Shown here: positions 38,153 through 45,618 of the stretch, in pieces
Layout of the letters: every line of letters begins with the position of its first letter
Numbering within the stretch: position 1 is the first letter of the stretch
Source: Octopus sinensis
Taxonomy: Eukaryota
Assembly: GCF_006345805.1 (NCBI RefSeq)
Contig: NW_021834795.1
Location: forward strand, 1-45,618
Reading direction: 5' to 3'
DNA length: 45,618 nt
Notes under the pieces: model-generated
The model's database searches: none
The model's input: the letters and a program-made list of their open reading frames with translations, nothing else
Told to the model about the DNA's origin: nothing
Translations under genes and position numbers: made by a program

Positions 38153-38504
38153 AAGCGGGAGGGTGTGAGAGAGAGATGGATGGAGAGAGAGAAGGGCAGA
38201 GATAAAAGGAAAGAGAATGACAAAATAGAGATGGGAGCGATAAATGTTTTATGAATTATGAATTGATACACCCCCACACACTAACACATAAAGGCATTAA
38301 GTAACACATAAAAGAATTATATACACCCACACACACACACATATACACCTCCGTACATATGTATGCATATAGAAAAAATAAATGAGTGGAACTCAAATCA
38401 GTGAGTGTGTTAAATAATAAGGCACTCAAAGAGAGTGACTCTCTGCAGACTCTATAATATATGTATATATATATATATTATGTGTGTATGTGTGTCTATG
38501 TATA

Positions 38505-38848
38505 TATATACACATATATACACAAATATATCACCGTGATCACCGTGATCACCGTGACCAAATATATCACCGTGATCACCGTGATCACTGGTCACGATGC
38601 GCTTCGCATTGTTTTAGCCTTCAAATGACGCCACCCCGCTGGCTAAGCGAGCAGGCCAACAGAAGAAAGAATGAGAGAAAGTTGTGGCGAAAGAGTACAG
38701 CAGGGGTCGCCGCCACCCCTACCGGTGCCTCGTGGAGTTTTAGGTGTTTTCGCTCAATATACAATCACAACGCCCGGTCTGGGAATCGAAACGGCGATCC
38801 TACGACCGCGAGTCCGCTGCCCTAACCACTGGGCCATTGCGCCTCCAC
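38505..38848 (-). mobile_element. SINE family A (tail 1) with tail expanded into (GATCACGGT)n-like 9-mers
   Basis: Head at 38780-38848. tcaccgtga repeats at 38510-38586. Confidence 0.88.
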
Positions 38849-39363
38849 ACACATATATACATATAATTTTCAGGGAAGCCAACAACCATCACTGAAATAT
38901 GTAAGAAGAACACGTGTACCTCCATAACTAATATCACAAAAGTTTAACTTCGTTTAATTTATTTAAATACATGCTCTGTTTCTCTTATATTATGAAAAAT
39001 CAGCATTTTAGGAAGATTGAAACCGGTAGCGTACTTTGATAGAGGAGTAAATATTTACTTACTTTTATCGATGATAAATTTCTCAAAGGATTATAAATAT
39101 GAAGGCGTTAAATGTGACAATTGCTCTATTTATTATACATTAATAGCTTTAAGCGTAATGCGTTAGTAAATAAAGTTGATTTGCAGATGCTGATGAGGGC
39201 TCTACATTGGATCGGAAAATATGTACTGCTGTTACTCAGTTCTTGTGATCGCGCTGATATTTTACAAACGAATTATTGAGAACGGTCATAATACATAAGT
39301 GCTATACAAAATATCTGCCGATACATTCCAAAGTATATTTTTGACAGCAAAACGAAACCGTTG

Positions 39364-39410
<47 letters not shown>

Positions 39411-39496
39411 CACACACACATATATATATATGTATATATATATATACATACATATATACATGCATATACATACATATATATATATATATATATATC

Positions 39497-39553
<57 letters not shown>

Positions 39554-39570
39554 TTATATACATATACATT

Positions 39571-39760
39571 ATTGATAAAAACGGTAAGGTAACAAAAGAA
39601 AGAAAGAGACCTCAATATTATGTAAATAGAGGAATTTATCTGTAAATGTAATATGTGACAATTATTCGTTAGCCAAGATAAAACTCCGAGTTTCGGATGC
39701 CGAGGTGGAAATCCACGCCACCACCTCTTCAGTTATCCGGCCATCGGATGACTGAAGAGA
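39571..39760 (-). mobile_element. Small HHR-bearing non-coding repeat, family H1 copy 3
   Basis: aaaacggtaag.taacaaaagaaagaaagagacct.aatattatgtaaatagagga... is shared with the 24428 copy. It ends in a short fold-back. Confidence 0.75.
39671..39742 (-). ncRNA. Type I hammerhead ribozyme motif, canonical core, minimal palindromic stem III
   Basis: Minus strand: ggccgGATAA CTGAAGA ggtg..gtggATTTccac..catcc GAAAC TCGGA GTT TTATCttggct. Stem I GATAA/TTATC is extendable, the core is CUGAAGA/GAAA and the cleavage triplet is GUU. There is a one-nt irregularity at the base of stem II. Confidence 0.8.
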
Positions 39761-41624
39761 TGCCAGTACCAACATTTATGAGGAGCGACGTTGTTAAGTT
39801 TAATGATATCGTTAGGATATCTTTAAATGTTCTTTAATTTGCAACCTCATTCTTCTATCTACATCTAAAACATGTGTAAGTTTTCGTAATATGTTACGCG
39901 ACTCTCAAATCACCAGGCTTATCGAATGAACAAATTAGCAGTGATACGTTGATTAATCAACAACTCATCAGTGAAATCTCTAATCAGGCTCAGAATTACC
40001 AGCATTTAAGAAATGTAAAGTGGGTGGGACTACAATCTGTCAATCACGAGAGTAGATAGATATATATATATAACGTGTGTATGTACATACGTGTACCTAC
40101 ATATAGTGGCACACTCAATATGAAGCATCTGCATAATTCTCGCCACCTTGGGTATCTCACATATTAATTCTTTAAACGTTAACTCTACAGATTTTCCTGA
40201 CGCAGCAGAACACACTTTGGACTCAGAGAAACGTTGAATATGCTTTGAGGCATACTGTGGTTGCATAACGAAATACGGTGTCCCCCACCGGTCATTAATA
40301 TTCCCACGTTGACGTCATATTATCTACTGACGTGCCGTGCCCCACTGGTCAGCTATCGCAGGAGAGACAATCCCTTCCAGATTAAGTTAAGACAGGATTG
40401 GAAGTTTGAATTTAAATCAAAGATTAATGGAGAAGATGAACAGAGTATACATATGTGATATTTCCTTTTCGTTACACATTATAAAAGCTGTTAAAATATC
40501 CTGTCTTTGGTAGCCTTGTATCGTGCCGTTTCATCTTTCTTTAGAATCTATCTTCAATAGAATTTTCTAACAAAATTGTACCGAAGACAATTTTTAAATT
40601 TCTTAAATTGCAGTCTCAAAATACTTGCCGATCTTCTACTTTTCCTCTGATGTTTCTCACTATAAAACCAGCACCAACTGTGTCTTGTAATCACTGTTGC
40701 ATGACTAAACTATCACATGGTCACATGATCTACTCGGTTCTTATACGTTATAATAAACTTATTTAGTATAACATAATTTTCTTGAACTCTACATATTAAT
40801 AACTATTAGAACATATTTTGTTGTAACATCATTCTCTTAAACTGTATATGTTTATTAATCACTGACTTTTGTTATCTAAATGTGGATAAGGAGTTTACCG
40901 ACGTAGAGCAAAGAAACGGAAGAAAAACAAAACAAGAAGAAAGCTCAGCGTTCATCTATTTGTATCCTTATCAACCATCTTGTCTTCCATGCTCCTACGT
41001 CTACCAAAAACACTTAAAATGCCGGCAATTATCAACCACAGCTCCTTCCTCGCAACCGTTGTCATCTCTAATAAAATATCTTTAACAGTTCTAATCAGAA
41101 CTCTTAAAATGGCAAATGGTAAAGTTATGAGATTCCAGTCATGATACTTCACGTCATAACCGTAAGAATTGTTCCACTTTAGTTGCTGGGATTACAGCAA
41201 TGGAGATATTAAATATGATAAAATCCTTGATAATAACTGTAGAATTCTTAAGTCATTAACAGATTACGGTTTCGAATCCTCGGCTCCCCAACCCACAGTT
41301 CCCACTGGTTTGATTTATTATTCCCAGATCTATCTGGGGTCCTATCTTTTATCATGGATATCCTTATCTATATCTCTCTGATATATACATATATATATAT
41401 ATATGATATCTTAATATCGTTCACATCAACTATATGTGTTAATTTCTCGTTATGTATGTATGTACGTATGTGTGTGTGTGTGTGTGTGCTTCATTGAATA
41501 TGTGTGGGTGTTTGCTGACTAAATATATCTTCACCTAGTAAAGATGGTTGTAACTATGATGGCAGCCTCTATCTCATTGAGCTAAAATATATTTTCAATT
41601 ATACAGACCTAAATATACATGGCC

Positions 41625-41765
41625 TGGGGAAATTCACGCTGAGGTCGATTTTACCTTTCATCCTTTCAACGTCGATAAATTATGTACCAGTGAAACACTG
41701 GGGTCGATATAATTGGCTACATCCTTCCCCGCAAATTTCAGGCCTTGTGCCTATAGTAGTAAGGA
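41625..41765 (+). mobile_element. SINE family B (tail type 2), partial, running into an (ATT)n tail
   Basis: gaggtcgattttacctttcatcctttcaacgtcgataaa...aaatttcaggccttgtgcctatagtagtaaggatt(att)n. Confidence 0.8.
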
Positions 41766-41780
41766 TTATTATTATTATTA

Positions 41781-41927
<147 letters not shown>

Positions 41928-41947
41928 GTTATTATTATTATTATATA

Positions 41948-41982
<35 letters not shown>

Positions 41983-41989
41983 GTTATTA

Positions 41990-42201
41990 TTTAGTAGTTT
42001 TATTTTTATAGCGTGCTTTCACTTCACTACCGAGCGCAGCTCTGTGTGCCTTGGGTATGTGTGTGATTTGTTGTGATGCTCTGATGGTTATTGTATGGAA
42101 AGTGTTTTGCGTAGGATGTGTGCAGTGCCCAGTAGTGCAATTTTCTGTATGTTATATGTGTTTGTAAGTCCTGGTGCCTTTGTTATGTATTTGTCTGAAT
42201 A

Positions 42202-42205
<4 letters not shown>
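41990..42205 (-). mobile_element. Shorter 5'-truncated copy of the same R4/Dong-like element
   Basis: Near-identical to 43484-43700 (IQKIALLGTAHILRKTLSIQ* plus the same 3' UTR). Flanked on both sides by (TAA)n. Confidence 0.9.
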
Positions 42206-42232
<27 letters not shown>

Positions 42233-42245
42233 ATTATTATTATTA

Positions 42246-42321
<76 letters not shown>

Positions 42322-42507
42322 TTCATTAGCATCTTCTTTCAATTGTTTCCGTTTCTCGCCGAGTGTCTTCCTGACACCTAGGACAGAGAAACGCATTGTA
42401 TACATTGGTAGGCCATTAAAACAAACACACCAATTGTCGAAGTCATATGATTGAGGAAAGTGGGTAGAAAGACAAAGAGAAAAAATAAGAATAAAAAATT
42501 AGGAGTG

Positions 42508-42651
42508 GGTACCAACCACATGGTTCCAGGTTCAGTCCCACTGCGTGGCACCTTGGGCAAGTGTCTTCTACTATAGCCTCGGGCCGACCAAATCTTGTGA
42601 GTAGATCTGGTAGACGGAAGCTGAAAGAAGCCCGTCGTATATATAATATAT

Positions 42652-42686
<35 letters not shown>

Positions 42687-42703
42687 TATATAAATAAATA
42701 TAT

Positions 42704-42735
<32 letters not shown>

Positions 42736-43012
42736 GGTGTGTGTGTTTGTGTTGTGTCTGTGTGTACATGTGTGTGCGTGTGTGCGTGTGTGTGTGTGTA
42801 TGTATGTGTGTGTTTGTGTTCATCTCTCACCATCGCTTGACAACCGATGTTGGTGTGTTTACGTCCTCGTAACTTAGCGGTTCGGCAAAAGAGACCCGAT
42901 AGAATAAGTACTAGGCTTACAAATATTAAGTCCTGGGGTCGATTTGTTTGACTAAAGGTGGTGCTCCAGGATGGCCGCAGTCAAATGACTGAAACAAATA
43001 AAAGAATAAAAA
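42508..43012 (+). mobile_element. SINE family C
   Basis: Collinear with the 21589 copy, with a longer internal microsatellite. Confidence 0.88.
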
Positions 43013-43048
43013 CACTAATGCGAAAAAATGGCAAGAAAATTCACAATC

Positions 43049-43430
43049 AAGGCGGTGGGAGGTGGCAGAAACGTTAGGGCGCCGGGCGAAATGCTTAGCG
43101 CTATTTCGTATGTCTTTAGGATCTGAGTTCAAATTCCGCCGAGGTCGACTTCGACTTTTATTCTTTCGGGGTCGATTAAATAAGCACCAGTGGTGTACTG
43201 GAGTCGATCTAATCGACTGGGCCCCTCCCTCAAAATTTCAGGCTTTGTGCCTAGAGTAGAAAAGAATCGCTTGCAAGCCGGACAGAATGCTTAGCGGCAT
43301 TTCCTACATCTTAACGTCTTTGAGTTCAAATCCTGCCGAGGGAGACTCTCTCTTTCTTCTTCCCAGTTGGGCACTGGGGCCGATGTAATCGACTTGACCC
43401 CTCCCCACAAATTCCAGGCCTCGTGGACTA
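43049..43430 (+). mobile_element. Two tandem SINE family B copies (tail type 2)
   Basis: Copies at about 43049-43262 and 43277-43430. The second ends in (ATT)n. Confidence 0.85.
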
Positions 43431-43439
43431 TTATTATTA

Positions 43440-43480
<41 letters not shown>

Positions 43481-43483
43481 TAT

Positions 43484-43965
43484 ATTCAGTAGTTTTATTT
43501 TTATAGCGTGCTTTCACTCACTACGAGCGCAGCTCTGTGTGCCTTGGGTATGTGCTGTGATTTGTTGTGATGCTCTGATGGTTATTGTATGGAAAGTGTT
43601 CTGCGTAGGATGTGTGCAGTGCCTAGTAGTGCAATTTTCTGTATGTTATATGTGTTTGTAAGTCCTGGTGTTTTTGTTATGTATTTGTCTGAATATTTTT
43701 TTATCATGCCTAGTGCACCTACTATGATAGATTGTTTCTGTTTCAGGTTCCACATTCTAGTTATCTCTATTTCCAGGTCTTTGTATTTTGAGAGTTTCTC
43801 CATTTCTTTTAGAGACACGTTGTCATCTGCCGGTATTGATACATCATTAGAAAGCATTTTTTTTCTTCATGATCTCTGACAACTATATCTGGTCTGTTGG
43901 CCCTAATTTCTCTATCTGGTGTGTATCGGCATATCCCAGAGTATGGTTGCTTCTCGTTTTTCTGT
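43484..43965 (-). mobile_element. R4/Dong-like retrotransposon 3' fragment (RLE domain plus 3' UTR)
   Basis: Minus-strand translation across frameshifts: ILWDMPIHT.REIRANRPDIVVRDHEEKKCF...DVSIPADDNVSLKEMEKLSKYKDLEIEITRMW...IIVGALG...IQKIALLGTAHILRRTL. Both ends lie in (TAA)n. Confidence 0.92.
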
Positions 43966-43988
43966 TATTAGTATTATTATTATTATTA

Positions 43989-44031
<43 letters not shown>

Positions 44032-44033
44032 GT

Positions 44034-44069
<36 letters not shown>

Positions 44070-44344
44070 TTTGTTGTTATCTCCATGGTATGTGTAGGTT
44101 ATTTGTTTCTTACTTCAGTGTTTCAATTCAGAAGCAAACAAACAAACAAACAGAACCATAATTCTTGTCGCAGATTATCATTTTTCCTCAAAGACGCCAA
44201 AAATATAACAGAAACATACTCTGCAGGGTTACCAAATTTTACGGAATGTGACACCCTATTTAATGTGTATAACATACACGCAGCACATATACACAAAATA
44301 TATACATGATATATATATATACATGTATATATACATACATATAC

Positions 44345-44388
<44 letters not shown>

Positions 44389-44609
44389 TATGTATATATG
44401 TATATATGTGTGTATGTATGCTTATATAGTGTATTTGCTTAAAATATTTTAAAGATTCGTTCTAGTTGCGCGAATGTATATTTGGTAAACTTATTGCATG
44501 TGGAATTTGTCTGTGTTTCTGCAAAAGCTTTAACATTTCAGACAATTAATTCTATCTTTTTGCATTAATTTCATTTTGGCTTCTGTCAGCTCCGATCGAA
44601 TTTAAGTGG

Positions 44610-44930
44610 TTGTCTGTTGGCCCACATTACTGTATAATGTGTTATGTTACCCCCACATTGTTGTATATTGCCCTACACCCACCCTCATCGCCATATATAT
44701 ATATATATATGTTGATCCATATTGTCCTCTATGGTTTTCTGTTGACCCACGTCGCCATATATTGCCCTATTTTGACAGACATTAACACATATTGCCCGAT
44801 GTTAACCCTCATTGTCATATATATCTTTCTCTTGACCCATATTCAAATATATTTCCCTACGTTGACCCTCGTTGTCATATATTGCTCTTTGTTGATCTGT
44901 TACTCTGTGGTAACCCACTTTGCTATATAT
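44610..44930 (+). repeat. Degenerate minisatellite with a unit of about 30 bp
   Basis: Recurring ATATTGCCCTATGTTGACCCACATTGTCAT-like units. Confidence 0.6.
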
Positions 44931-45618
44931 TTCTTTAATTTATTCTATATTCCTATATGTTGTCTAATATTGTAAAATAATTTACGAGGGTCGTAGCCCG
45001 CGACATGCACTAGAATTTCTCAATTGATGGAGATTTGCTACATAGTTGGAGAAAGGAAACAACAACGTAGCGGTAATTGTTAGAGACTGTCGATGACAAG
45101 AGCAGATAATTTCGAGAATTGAAAAATATTTATAGAAAATTATTTTACATGACTAAGTGAAAATTTGACTTTTGATAAGAGGAGACAGATGTGGACATGA
45201 TCTGTTCAAAGTCCGGGTTGTTTGATCATTCCATAAATACTTTTACATTTTGAAAATGATTTATGAAGAATCTTAGGCAAAAGTAATTTGCATAATTGAA
45301 AATTACGTCTATTAATGAGGGACAACGGAATGATTTTAAATATATTTTTAAAATGTTAATATAATGAATGCCATACGAAACATGTCTTAATCAAAATTTA
45401 CTTTTCATTTGGAGGGAAGAAAGTTAATTAAGAATACAAAGGGACAAATTCTAATTAATTGAATAAATTATTTGCATGCCATTGGCCCATATGAGTTACT
45501 TTCCTTAGCCCTGTATAGGTTTTAATTACACAGATTACTTTTGATCAAAAATGCCGAAGCTGCTCTCTTCGTTTTGGTTTTCGTACGTATCCACACCCAT
45601 GATCATAAATCTTGGGTG

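Noticed and set aside
38505-38590. Repeat-spacer (CRISPR-like) appearance of tcaccgtga units
   Set aside because: This is a slippage-expanded SINE tail with no unique spacers, in eukaryotic context.

Overview
This 45.6 kb window is AT-rich, microsatellite-saturated animal DNA. It looks intronic or intergenic, and its SINE and microsatellite content resembles octopus/cephalopod genomes (inference, not verifiable here). I found no intact host protein-coding gene, and nearly all ORFs in the track are simple-repeat artefacts. Supported content: (1) a full-length, TTAA-flanked piggyBac (31566-33905) with a decayed DDD transposase; (2) three 5'-truncated R4/Dong-like RLE retrotransposon fragments abutting (TAA)n tracts; (3) a CR1/L2-type 3' end; (4) a Penelope-like GIY-YIG endonuclease fragment; (5) more than 20 SINE copies from several modular families, most with tRNA-like heads. 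The most interesting signal is not in the ORF track. The window holds about nine recognisable minimal type-I hammerhead ribozyme (HHR) motifs, plus weaker relics, in small non-coding repeats. One has a canonical core (39671-39742), one is the 3' module of a tRNA-headed SINE-like element (15148-15851), and four carry the same non-canonical CCGAnGA (U4C) core. Several long fold-back hairpins are centred on or next to HHR parts. Together these suggest a Penelope-dependent network of ribozyme-bearing non-autonomous retroelements. All structures were folded by eye, and ribozyme activity is untested.
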